The notes beneath the pieces are model-generated. The model worked only from the letters and a program-made list of their open reading frames with translations, had not been told where the DNA came from and did no database searches. A program made the translations under genes and the position numbers. DNA of 64,000 nucleotides, from the IMG/VR virus record IMGVR_UViG_3300032116_000145, positions 5,508 to 69,507 of that record; one strand, 5' to 3'. Position 1 is the first letter of the stretch. Every line of letters begins with the position of its first letter. Origin of the DNA: a virus. Shown piece by piece: positions 18,401-29,000 of this stretch.

Positions 18401-21400
18401 ACACCATGGAGTATCAAGAGTACGTAAACTCTCCTAAGGAAGCAGATGCACAAGGTTTAGTTAGTTTAGACTTTTATCGTAACTATCTTATTGGATTAGG
18501 ACAGTGGTCTCAACAGCAAGAGAACGCTTACTTGAATGAGATCGAGATCTTTAAGATTCTTAATAAGACAGAGAAAACAGAAGAAGACTATGCCAAGATG
18601 CAAGAACTAAAGGCTAGCATGGACTACGTAGGTTTTCCTCCCTTGAAGTTAGGACACTATGGCCCTATTGTAGAGGATGTTAAACTTACTGCCTTACATA
18701 AGTATTCTTTGGCTCCTATGATTCCTTCTATGATTGCTGGTACTCAGCTAGAGGAATTGAATAAGCAAATGATTGCTAAGCAGATTGACTATGCAACATT
18801 TAACTCAGGATCTAAGGCTTCAAATTACGGAGACGCTTTGGACTTTTATGTACCAGATGCAGACAATGCAGGCACACTTAAAGTGAATCCTGACATCAAG
18901 GGAAACAACGTTACTACTTTACACTTAACTAATCTTAAACAACAACAGTACATTGCTCCTAAGTTTAAGAATGAAGCTACTCTAGCTACTCAGATGGTTA
19001 AGCTTATCTTTGGTGATTTTTTTGCTCAAGGGAATTTAGCTGATCTAAATGCTAGTACTGCTAAAAACATCTCTGATCTTTATAAAGACTACACAGATGT
19101 ATTAGGAAATATTATAGGAGCAGAAGAAGCAAACTTGTTTAACAAACTAGGTATTACTAAAGATGCTCAAGGTAACTTTGTAAACTTTGATAACAAAAAG
19201 TTCTATAACTTTCTTAAGGGAGAGTTGGATAAAAGAGATACTAGTGCTTCACTTAAGCGTTATATTCAATTGGATGAAGCTGGTAACATCAAGTATCCAC
19301 TTGACGCTACTAAAAACAGAGCAGAAATAGAAAACATCTTACTGTCTATTATTAATAACAAGATCATCTCTCAGAAGATTCACGGAGAGTCTTATGTTCA
19401 GATGGCATCTACTGCTCAGGGTAACACAAGATTTACTAAACCTACTGAAGAACAGATTAAGAAGTACGGTATTAACGGACTAAGATTTTATCGTAAAGGT
19501 CCAGATGGTACAGAACCTGCAGATGTTAAAATTGCTTTCAATCCTAAAAAACATGCAGGTTTACTTAATCTTACATTCAGAGGCAAGAAGATTGGAACTA
19601 TAGAAAACCTTAACAAGATTCTTAAATCTAGTAACCAAGAAGCTATTGATTGGGTTAACCAACATAGTAAGAAATTAAGTTTAGTAGGTGTACGTATTCC
19701 CGTACAAGGTCTAAACTCTATGGAATACTTTAGAGTAAGAGAATTCTTACCTACTAGTGCAGGTCCTGTTATTGTTGTTCCTGCTCAGATTGTAGTTAAG
19801 TCTGGATCTGACTTTGACATTGATAAGTTGACAATGTTTGAACCCAAGTTAACTGCTAATGGAGATTTGGTTGATGACGGAGGATTTACTCTTAAAGACT
19901 ATAACACTAATCTTCCTAGTCAAAAAGAGTCAATGAGAATGCTTAAGACTCTTACTGAGGTCAAACAAGCTTTGGTAGAAACCTTGGCAGCAACTCCTGC
20001 TTACGTTAATAAGAAGCAACTAGAAAAAGAAATCCAAGAGTTGACTGAGTCTATCTCTACTACAGAGGAAGAGATTAGCAAGTTCTCTAATAAGAAGATG
20101 AGTTTGGAAGAACTTCAGGCTTTGATGTCAGAAGGATCTAATGACAAAGAAAACTTAATCAAACAGAAGATTGAAGAAGCAAAAGCTCTTGTTAGAACAG
20201 GTGATCTAGCAGCCTCACTTCCTGTGCTTAAGGCTCTTAAGTCAGAAATTAACGACTACGTAAGTACAGTTAACGGAGTACAAAACTTTAAGCAAGCTAA
20301 TATCAACAAGTTGATAGATGTATTTAGTTCTGTTCTTTCTATGAAAGAGAACTATGATAAGCTTGTACTTCCTAACACAAACACAGTATTGACAGAGATC
20401 TCAGACAAGCTACAAGCTAATCCTATCACTTCTACTGAGTTGTTTAGTCCTCTTACATCTAATCGTGTATACGGAGATAATATCGAGTCTAAGAAAGCCT
20501 TAGGTATTGATGCTAAGCTTAACACAATGCAGAAGGAGTTTCAGATTGCAGGATTAGTTTACACAAGTGAGTTTGCTAGTATGTATCCTTTCTCTGCAAA
20601 CCGTGTAGAAAAAGGTATCAGCTTAGGTGAGAAGACTCTTACTGATGGTACTTCTATTTCTAGGGTAATCAGTGAAGCGATTAACGGGCACGTAGATATT
20701 GCAAAAGAAGATTGGATTATCTTGTTAGGATTAGATAAAGCTAAGACTCCATTGTTTCACTCTATGATTCTTGCAGGTACTCCTGTAAAAACTGCCTTAG
20801 ACTTTTTAAATAAGCCAGTAGTTAAGCACGTACTTAAGGAGTCTACCAGAGGGCCCTTGTTTAAACAACTAGGAGTAACAAGAGGAAGACCAGTTAAGAT
20901 GACTTTTAAAGAAGTTTTAATGGACACTTTAAAAAGTCTGAACATTTCTCAAGAGTCACTAAGCCTTGTTAACGATTCGATTGTTACTGATAAGAGTGGA
21001 ATTATAAAGGTAAAACCTACTATAGAAGCGCTTAGTTTGTCTTTAAAGAATAACGACTTTGCAAATGAATCAGATGCTGCTCAAATACAAGACATTGTAG
21101 ATTTATTTGTAGTTAAGGAAATGCAGGGTGCTATACAACAGTTGACTGGTTTGGTAGATTACAACACTAGAAGATTTCAAAACTCTTACCAAGTTAAAGC
21201 AGATAAAATTAGTGCAGCAAAAATTAGAGAGAGTTTTAATGCAGAGGGATTAGATAAACTGACTAATAAGTCTGCTCTTTCTAAGTTCAACCAAGCTAAT
21301 ACTATTGAGTCTTTGATGCCCCAGGTGTTTGATGTATCAAATCACCCTAGTGTGTTAGACGCTATTACAATCTATTCTAATAAGGCTGGACTGTTTACTG

Positions 21401-22512
21401 AAGAAGACTTGGTTAAAGCCTCTAGAAAGATTAAGGATAACTACCTTGTTACAATGGTACAGTTGTTTGGGGTAGATGGTACAGGAACTAAACTTCAAGA
21501 TAAGTTTTTCTCTAATGCAGGTCTTTTGAATAAAAATAACCCAGAGAATTTATCTAAGAGGATTGCGGACATCACTGAGAAGTACAGCGACTTATCTAAG
21601 AATCAGATTTTGGCTAATCTTTACACAGCAGAGACAACTTCAAATAATATTATCTTTAGACTTAGAAACGCTAACCTAGATAGTTACCTAGTAGGTGAGT
21701 ATGAGAAAGCATTTATTGAAGGTCTTAATGATGTTCGTGAAGATGTACGTAGTGTATTCGAGAATCTAGGATTAGGTACTTTTCTTGAATTTGGTTTTGC
21801 TAAGAACTCTTATGGTCTTTCTCAAGTAATTCCTTACGAGACTTATGTAACTCATACAACTCAAGCAGTTGCTAAACTTAAAGAAGGACTCAACAATCCT
21901 ACGTTTGCAGAATCTATGTCTAGGTATGTAGGCTTGATGACTTACTTTAACGATAGTAGAAATGTCCCTACTTTAGTTCTTAACTCGAGATTAGCTAAGG
22001 ATAAACATCAAGCCGATTTCTTGATTACTTTAGGTAAATTAGAAGCTGAAGTAGAAGAAAGTTTGAGAAATATAGCTAACTTTAAAGGCAAGACTTATAA
22101 TAACTTTGACAACATTAAAGCAAAAGGTAAGTTTAGATCTTTGCCTATTCAGTTGGTAGATATTATCCCTACTAAGAAAACTACTCCTGTTGCTATGAGA
22201 AACTTAGAAGGTACTATTCTTATTAACGAGAAAGAATTTATTAAGAAGTTTAATGATAAGGCTTGGACTAAACCTGCTAAACAACTAGACGATAGCTTTG
22301 CTACCCCTTTAGCTGCAGATGAATTCCAATCACTAGAAGAGTTCTTGACCTTTGCTTTGATACATGAAGCTAAACATAACACTATCAAACAAGAAGAAGG
22401 TGAAACTAAGGGACAATACGAAGACAGAATTAATCAAGCTGCTCTACAAGACCTACGCTACAACTACGGTAAGGGAGAATCAAGCAGTGTAATAGATCCA
22501 TTTAAATGTTAA
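15418..22512 (+). CDS. Virion single-chain two-barrel DNA-dependent RNA polymerase (crAss-like, phi14:2 gp66-type) with C-terminal HExxH segment
   Basis: RIPVQGLNSM...IVVP...GSDFDIDKL (DFDID at 19810-19824), DAQGLVSLDFYR...GQWS, LHKYSLAP, NGHVDIAKE motifs. Confidence 0.9.
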   Translation: MAKIICPTRENKDFSNLSNALGSDALARYVWYKNGNLPLNLTEDVEGNIVSSDIYDRILNEVADGNESLALGITAIMYYPSFQEKYAEEDPAFTVDYIKQEAQDKADKATKRQAQLLEEKIIPGTKTLYIQSPEGDVIYTQEEGKEIFDSLEYLASTKKSWKAVVNALAERLTDIQAKIKNSAVDPESNVTPQELAIGKNLVNLLKNWSQVKAWYLSQDTNFGLELLEDEVNPETGGNIYNKNAHDRSQMDLASAEVIKLVQSLPKYNKLTTQNRKDVKAGKKSITDFQVISNLTGFPIVGNFSTNWNVLTSSLSGITKYDKILEELAVVAQEYPQFRNLVNMLPKEDVQDVDLNTANFVASFVQTVSLPEIAAYQLSIGKKNDGKETKIVTKTFQLGTRTVDNLIKYFDEDYFRSNPKYGMLNDEGKTVLNIPKILEDFANIKDIGRFFVERGDINSAEGRQLLQNIHKFYIALGIIPTNALYQKDKKALYDFLNSTTYSVRELYDKLEASKDNKTVTQPLQFLSRPQGSGKALGPKFDIINSIVGYYGKFEREFASGSYFNPEDKLQYNRVQYFYLTQVTNALNNVASYNELIAMPEFAHLDVRLNPNILGSVWLERMFGLSIKGKTPAQLKKDLDAGKQFPRLKTKFSKEPFKINIVNYSGVSIDANVKEGITTTELTSEDKVVQDFLSFFGSGIVENIRFGDKGTSYATVTSGKVEERIYIPLNSDVLGMMEKPTSVIEQSLVDQFNAYLTSEVFRVLAVNKETKKNTYTKNGRQLFLFKDIIPKEDYDALTSEDSNVVKEAYARVSSNLPTYLGQYFTKQTQEYKKRLMDSVLGDNTAIKTTITEEQREEQLVNSLSALGFVDPALFKKNQLTKQNLDYVIANYLKNDFIHKAEFMKVFVGDISNFQVKGDFREVFKRIPLTSSPGFIFQDNPVVMSHLNNSSATNGLHKALTGAAQKFRKTVRTVIFNDVNTFSKEDWPTYRNALGLPDTMEYQEYVNSPKEADAQGLVSLDFYRNYLIGLGQWSQQQENAYLNEIEIFKILNKTEKTEEDYAKMQELKASMDYVGFPPLKLGHYGPIVEDVKLTALHKYSLAPMIPSMIAGTQLEELNKQMIAKQIDYATFNSGSKASNYGDALDFYVPDADNAGTLKVNPDIKGNNVTTLHLTNLKQQQYIAPKFKNEATLATQMVKLIFGDFFAQGNLADLNASTAKNISDLYKDYTDVLGNIIGAEEANLFNKLGITKDAQGNFVNFDNKKFYNFLKGELDKRDTSASLKRYIQLDEAGNIKYPLDATKNRAEIENILLSIINNKIISQKIHGESYVQMASTAQGNTRFTKPTEEQIKKYGINGLRFYRKGPDGTEPADVKIAFNPKKHAGLLNLTFRGKKIGTIENLNKILKSSNQEAIDWVNQHSKKLSLVGVRIPVQGLNSMEYFRVREFLPTSAGPVIVVPAQIVVKSGSDFDIDKLTMFEPKLTANGDLVDDGGFTLKDYNTNLPSQKESMRMLKTLTEVKQALVETLAATPAYVNKKQLEKEIQELTESISTTEEEISKFSNKKMSLEELQALMSEGSNDKENLIKQKIEEAKALVRTGDLAASLPVLKALKSEINDYVSTVNGVQNFKQANINKLIDVFSSVLSMKENYDKLVLPNTNTVLTEISDKLQANPITSTELFSPLTSNRVYGDNIESKKALGIDAKLNTMQKEFQIAGLVYTSEFASMYPFSANRVEKGISLGEKTLTDGTSISRVISEAINGHVDIAKEDWIILLGLDKAKTPLFHSMILAGTPVKTALDFLNKPVVKHVLKESTRGPLFKQLGVTRGRPVKMTFKEVLMDTLKSLNISQESLSLVNDSIVTDKSGIIKVKPTIEALSLSLKNNDFANESDAAQIQDIVDLFVVKEMQGAIQQLTGLVDYNTRRFQNSYQVKADKISAAKIRESFNAEGLDKLTNKSALSKFNQANTIESLMPQVFDVSNHPSVLDAITIYSNKAGLFTEEDLVKASRKIKDNYLVTMVQLFGVDGTGTKLQDKFFSNAGLLNKNNPENLSKRIADITEKYSDLSKNQILANLYTAETTSNNIIFRLRNANLDSYLVGEYEKAFIEGLNDVREDVRSVFENLGLGTFLEFGFAKNSYGLSQVIPYETYVTHTTQAVAKLKEGLNNPTFAESMSRYVGLMTYFNDSRNVPTLVLNSRLAKDKHQADFLITLGKLEAEVEESLRNIANFKGKTYNNFDNIKAKGKFRSLPIQLVDIIPTKKTTPVAMRNLEGTILINEKEFIKKFNDKAWTKPAKQLDDSFATPLAADEFQSLEEFLTFALIHEAKHNTIKQEEGETKGQYEDRINQAALQDLRYNYGKGESSSVIDPFKC

Positions 22513-22516
22513 AAAT

Positions 22517-23032
22517 ATGGCAAGTTGCGACTTAAAAACAACAAACAGAGAATACATGATTGCAAAGGGAGCCATAGTACAAGGTTCCCTTAAAATACCG
22601 AATGAACGTTTATTCGATCTTCAGAACGCAGAGATTAGAGACTCTGCCAATCAACGTTATAATCTAACCAACGAGGAACTTCCTTTCACTAAAACAGAGA
22701 GAAGAATTACTAGAAGTGATTATCTTAATAGAGGATCTGATTTCTTTATAGAGTGGGGCTTTAATGATAAGTTCTTTGACAAGATTACTCCTATAGTAGA
22801 AATGTATGAATCTTTTGATGAAGATATTTACGAAGAAGTATCTACTATTCCTACTTACACCCAGACTCAACTTTCTTTTGAAGAAAGTATAGACGATAAC
22901 AACATAATAAAGGAAAGTCCTATTAGGGTATCTTTCCCTTACGAAGCCGAAGACTATCTTGCAGATGTTAAGGCAGAAACTAAAGCCAACTTAACTAGAC
23001 TTCAATTTAAAGAAGAGGCTTGCAATATTTAA
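22517..23032 (+). CDS. Acidic 171-aa protein between giant virion proteins (putative cargo linker)
   Basis: Fills the gap between the RNAP and 2009-aa genes; Cys only at residues 4 and 169. Confidence 0.6.
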   Translation: MASCDLKTTNREYMIAKGAIVQGSLKIPNERLFDLQNAEIRDSANQRYNLTNEELPFTKTERRITRSDYLNRGSDFFIEWGFNDKFFDKITPIVEMYESFDEDIYEEVSTIPTYTQTQLSFEESIDDNNIIKESPIRVSFPYEAEDYLADVKAETKANLTRLQFKEEACNI

Positions 23033-23033
23033 T

Positions 23034-23043
23034 TATATTTGTA
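23034..23043 (+). promoter_or_regulatory. -7 promoter element
   Basis: TATATTTGTA in the intergenic gap 20 nt before ATG 23064. Confidence 0.55.
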
Positions 23044-23063
23044 TAATAACTTAAGATAAAATA

Positions 23064-26000
23064 ATGTCCTGTAAAGCAACTATAAAATCTCCTATTACTG
23101 GTAAGACAGTTATGTCTACTACTTACTATCAATTGACAAACGTATTTGATAAAGAAAAAGCAGTAGATATCTATAATAGCATGTATACTCCTGGATTCCA
23201 AGATCTTCTTGGATTTGATTGGACTACCAACAAAGAGTATAGAGAAGAACTTAACCTAAATGGAGAACCTAAGATTGAGTACCTTAACGAGATTCTTGGA
23301 TTGGAACTATCTGATTATCAAATAGATGCAATTAACTCTGAAGAAGATGCTTTGACTCAGTTAGATCCTATGCAGGAATTTCCTACATACGAAGAGGCTG
23401 TATCAGTTGCAGCAAACTTTAACTTAAATCCAAGGTATAAAAATATCTCAGCAGAAGTAGTTCGTACAGATAAAGGCTTCAGAGTCTCTGTAGGTTTATT
23501 TAAGTCTACTGGTCCTGAAACTAAAGAAACTTTAAGTAGACTTAATTTTGGAGAAGTTATTTCTCAATTCTTTCCAAGTAGTAACTCTACTTGGGATGAT
23601 GTGGTGTCTGGATTGCTTACCAGTGATAGACTTTCAGATACCCAGAAGACTATTCTTACTAAACTAAAAGAACTTCAAGAGATTAACCCTAGTGTAAGAC
23701 TAGTAATATTTGACGACACTGATTCTATGGATGCAGGTCAAGTTGCATTCTATGATAATAACTCACGTACTATCTACATAGGTAAGACAGTTAGTGAGAG
23801 TATGGATGATTCTAAGCTCATTACAGACCTTATCCATGAGTCTATGCACGCTTACACCATTAAAGCTTTGAATGAGCCTGTGACAGATCAGGAGAAAGCA
23901 TTTAAGGCAGAAATGGAAAAGGTCTATAACTCTTACTTGAAGAAGTTTCCTAACCTAGTTGTTAACTATGGTTTTTTTAACGTAGAGGAGTTTGTAAGTG
24001 AAGTAGTATCTAATCCTCATTTTAGGGCAGCATTAGTTTCACAGCAAGAATCTCTTAAGGAAGATAAAAATTTCTTAAGGAATATGATAGAGAAGATTAC
24101 AAACTTCTTAAAAGGTTTGTATACGGATCTACCTAATATTGAACAAATTGATTCTACAATCAATAACTACTTAGATCATTTGATTGAGACTAGGGATATG
24201 CCTATTACTCAGGGAGAATATGATCTAAGGTTTAAGAATGAAAAGTATAACCCTAATGGCCTTACTGATTTAGAAAGATTTCCAGAACTGCAGAAGTTTG
24301 TAAACTTTATCAATAAGAATACTTCTAGTAAGATGTGGGGACAGATTACACAGTCGCTTAAGGAGATTGACTCTACTCTTAGAAGTACAGGAAGATTGCA
24401 GGAACGTTTTAGTGACATTAACTCTACTAATGCTAAAGACATTCTAGCTAATACAATTGCCTACTTGAATACAGCGCTTAGTACTCTTACTACCGTACAG
24501 AATCAACTTAACTTGTATAAGAAGAATGCTTCGGAGTTTGAAGACTTTGCTATTATTAAAACTTTTAACTACGCTAAGAACTTAAGTGGAGTAATCAAAG
24601 AACAGATCAATGAGTTTGAAAAAGAATTCAATGCTATCTTTAGTTTAGAGGATATAGCAGACATGCAAGAGAGGGCTACTACACAAGAAGCTCTTGAGAT
24701 GGCTATTCCTGATTATGCACAGGTAGTTCAGGAACTTATGCAAACTATCGAAGAGACTCGTAAGTTAGTAGACTCTATTGATAGTAATTATAATAATGCA
24801 GTAGTAGCTCCTATTGCTAGGGAGTTAGCTGCTTCTTTTGGTGAAGAGGCTACAGTAGAGGGTAAGAAGAGAGTAAAAGAACAACTTAGTGCGTTGATTG
24901 CAGCAAAATCCAAGGCAGATGCTAATGGTAAAACTGCTTTATCTAAAGTACTTGCTAAAGAAATCGAAGACCTAAGACAGTTAGAGAGATTTATTCCTAC
25001 TGCAAAAAACATTGAAGAACTTCTTAAGAACGATAAAAAGTACGGAAGAGAGACTAGCTTCTTGGGTATGTGGATTAACAACGCAGTACAAGGAAAGAAT
25101 CCTACTGTACAGATTGTTAAACAGTTTATTGACAAAGCTACTGCTGAAGCACAAGTAAACTCAGGTAAGTTTAGTAAGCGTGCTCAAGATATCTTTGACA
25201 GACTCCGTAACCTTAGAGGTAAGCTGGCTACTGAGGGTATGACTTACCAAACTCTTTACAAAGGATTTACTAGAGTTGTTGAAGTTCTACATAAGCAACC
25301 AGATGATTCGCTTAAGAAAGTAAAGCAAGCAGTACTAAATACTAAATTAAAAGAAGAGGAGTTCCAAAATGATCTTAAACTTCTTTTAGAGAGAGAAGAG
25401 CAGGCTATTAAGTCAGGTGATCAATCTGCCATAGATAATACTAAGGCTGCTACTAATAAATTCCTAGAAGACTATGCTCTACGTCCTTACACAGACGAAT
25501 ACTATAAGATTCAAGAGTTACTTACTGAAGAAGCAAAAGAAGCTAGAGAAGCAATCTTGTCTGAGATTAACTTTTTGTCAGAAGATCTTAATCCAGATGA
25601 GATTACTAAGGATGAGATCAAAAGATTGTTGACTGAGTTTAATCGCTTAGGCTCTTTGTACTACTCTAATGGAGATGAGAAACCTGTAGGAAGCAAAGAC
25701 AGAAGAGTAGCAGAGTCGATCATTGCTTGGAAGAAGGAAAGAAATAATCAAGATGTACTTACTTATGATAACGTTACTAAGCGTAAGCAGTGGCAGATTC
25801 AAAAGAATGAGATAGACGAAGAGTACAATAAAATCCTTAAGAGAAAGAATGCCTCAGACATCTCCTTGTCAATGGCAGGATTCGCAGAACAGCAAGACGA
25901 GAATCTTGCAGAACAGAACGAAAAAATTACTAAGGAGTTCGAAGAGGCAAAGAAAGTAAGGGATAAGTGGTACGAAGAAAATACTAGAACAGAGATCTCC

Positions 26001-29000
26001 CCAGAGTTCTACAGAGAACAACAGGCTATAACAGACTCTATTAATGCTATTCTTAGTAGATATCCTTCTTTGGATGCAGAGGATCTTACTGATGCTTACA
26101 AGAGACTAAACAATGCTATCTTAGGTTTTAGAGACGGTGATGGAACTATCCAAGGTAATGACGTAGTTAATGCAGGCAACTTGTTTCAGACAGTTAAGGA
26201 CATAGAAGCAGAGATAGAAGACATTAAGAAGTATGCAGAAGCAAGAGAGTTGAGTGCTGATGATAAATCAGAATTAGGCAGACTGTATAAAATGCTTAAT
26301 GCTTTGCAGGGTAGAAAAGAAACCCAATACTATAGAGACAAAGTAGCAGAAGTCCAAGCAACGATCAGAACAGAAGTAGTTCAAGACCAAGAGTTCATGG
26401 ATTCCTTGGAGGAGAAAGCTAAAACAAGAAGAGAGACTTACATTGCAGCACAGTTGATGAGTACATTTACAACTGTAGAAGAGATAAAACAAACAATCCT
26501 AGAAGAAGAAATAGACGATAGGTTTAGAGCTAGTCAGTGGTATAAAGACAATCACATTGTTACCGAAGAGGTAAAAATGGTAAATGGTGATACAGTAACT
26601 ACAACTAAAGAAAGACCTTCTTATATCTGGACTCAGATTCTTCCTAAAGATCCTCGTCATATTATAGAAGAAGCTCCTTCTTTTCAGTGGTCTATTCCTG
26701 TAATTGATGAAAAGTTCAAGAACAAGGATTATAGATTTACTTCTGAGCCTAGGCCAAGAGAGACTTCTGATGGTAAATACTCTAACCAAGAGTACTATAA
26801 CCTCTCTAGTCAGGAAAGAGCTATCCTAGATGAGATTATTTCTTTACATGAGGATGTACAGAAAGAGTTGCCTAAGAGTCAACGTATTGGATACTCTATA
26901 GTAAACGAGAATAAGACAGCATTTGAAACTCTGTCTAACGTACTTAGAAGACCCCTTGATACTTTCTCAGGTATTTATGAGTTGTTTAAGTTAGCTTTTG
27001 TACCTAACATAGGTTCTAGTCAATACGAACAACTAAACGACTCTGAGGTAGAAACTATCTCTGGAAGAAAAGTACAATTGATTCGTAGTCGTTATAAGAG
27101 TCCATTGAATACAGATCAGGTATCTTATAATATCTTGGGTAACATTGCTAAGTTTGGAGTTTACTCTTCACACTTTGCAGCTATGCAAAAGATTATGCCT
27201 ACTGTTTTCAGTACTAGGGATGCATTAGAAAGAAACAAAACTGCTGAAAGCACTTTGTCTACAGTAGACTTTGAGATTTCTAAAAACTTTTATGGAGAAG
27301 AGATTAACTCAATAGGCAACAAAGAGTTTGTTAAACTTCTTACTCGTCCTGCAAATAAGTTTTTATCTATAGGTCAACGTAAAGCTTTGCAGTTTAATGC
27401 AATTGCATCTATTAAGAACTTTGCAGTCAACTTGTGGAATGCAGGAATAAACGCAAACTTAGCAGGAGTAAGTAGACAAGAATTCATTCAGGGTATGTGG
27501 AGAGGACTTAAACAATCAGATAAGATGTTTGAAGTATATAGAGGTGGAGGAAGTGTTTCTTACTACACAGACTTACTTATGCACTTTAACGCTATGCCAC
27601 AGGCTCAACCTGGAGCTAAGGCAGATACTATTCATCAGACTATGTTAAATAGATTTGTGTCTAGTGAGACTGCAGGTTTTGTTATTCGTGGCTATTTGGA
27701 GAGTATTTCTACTATTGCTGTATTTGAGTCTATTATGAATCAATACAATGTCCAGATAGAAGAAGGTGGAAAAACTAGAACTATTAAGTTAGCAGAAGCA
27801 TATGAACAAGTAGACGGTAAACTACAACTTAAAGCTGGAGTAAAAGTAGAGAACATATCTCGCTTAGAACAACAGATCAGAGATAGAATTTTTAATTACT
27901 TTACTTCAACACAAGGTAACTACCATAAGAGAGGATCAGCTCAGTACGAAAGATACATCCTTGCAAGAATGGTAATGAGTATGAAGCGTTGGCTAGCTAC
28001 TACGTTTAATAATAAGTATGGATCAAGAAGACTTCAGTTAAACACAGGTAACATAGAAAAAGGATTTAACAGAGAAGTAGGTTCTTACTTAAGACTACTT
28101 GCTTTGGGTGGTAGTTCTATGGCTAATGAAACTGTTACAGATCAACAAAAGTCTAGAATGCGTACTGCAGCTACCAACTTAGTAGGTATGCTTGCTATAC
28201 AACAAGCCTTGATTACTACTATGGGAATTATAGCTAAGTCACTAGACCCCGATGATGAGGAGACTACTAGTCCGTTCTTAGCTTTTATTGCTAACTTACT
28301 TCAAGGTATGCACGACGAGTTGACTACCTTCAGTCCTATAGGGGCAGCAAACTGGGCTTACAAGTCATTCTATCAAACTCCTCAGAAACAACCAGGAGAG
28401 AGTAACACAATATCAAGAGCTAAACAGTTAGGTTGGAGTGTTATCGGTGGTACAACTAAAGCTTCTTATGATGCATTGAGTCCTTTGTTTGACGGAGATA
28501 CTTGGTCAGATCCTTTTGGTTCTTTCTCATATAAGTACGCTAATGGTCTTCCTAACTCATTTAGTACTCCTAAAGCACTATATGGTAAGCCTAATCTACT
28601 TGCAGCTTTTATGGTTTACACAGGAGCAGAATCAGGTATGAGTCAATTCCTACAGCCAGAGAAGAAGCTTTACACTGTATTGAAATACAACCCAAGGTTA
28701 GACGTAACAGAAGAAAGAAGAATCAAGTTAGATCCTTTGGGAAGCTACAATCAATTAAGTGAGAGAGTGTCTGAGATTAAAAAAGAATTAAAGTCAGTAG
28801 ATCCTTCAAAGAGAATCACAGATCAAGAAGAGAGAGTAGAGAGATTTAAAGAGATTGCTTCCTTGGAGAATAAGATGGAGATTATAGGAATGCAGTATCC
28901 ATACGTAGCAGCCTACTATAGGAATAGAAAGTTTGGTTCTTCACTGGGGAGCAGAGAGGCAGCGAGACTTAACAAAGAAATAGAAAGGTATCAAATCCAA

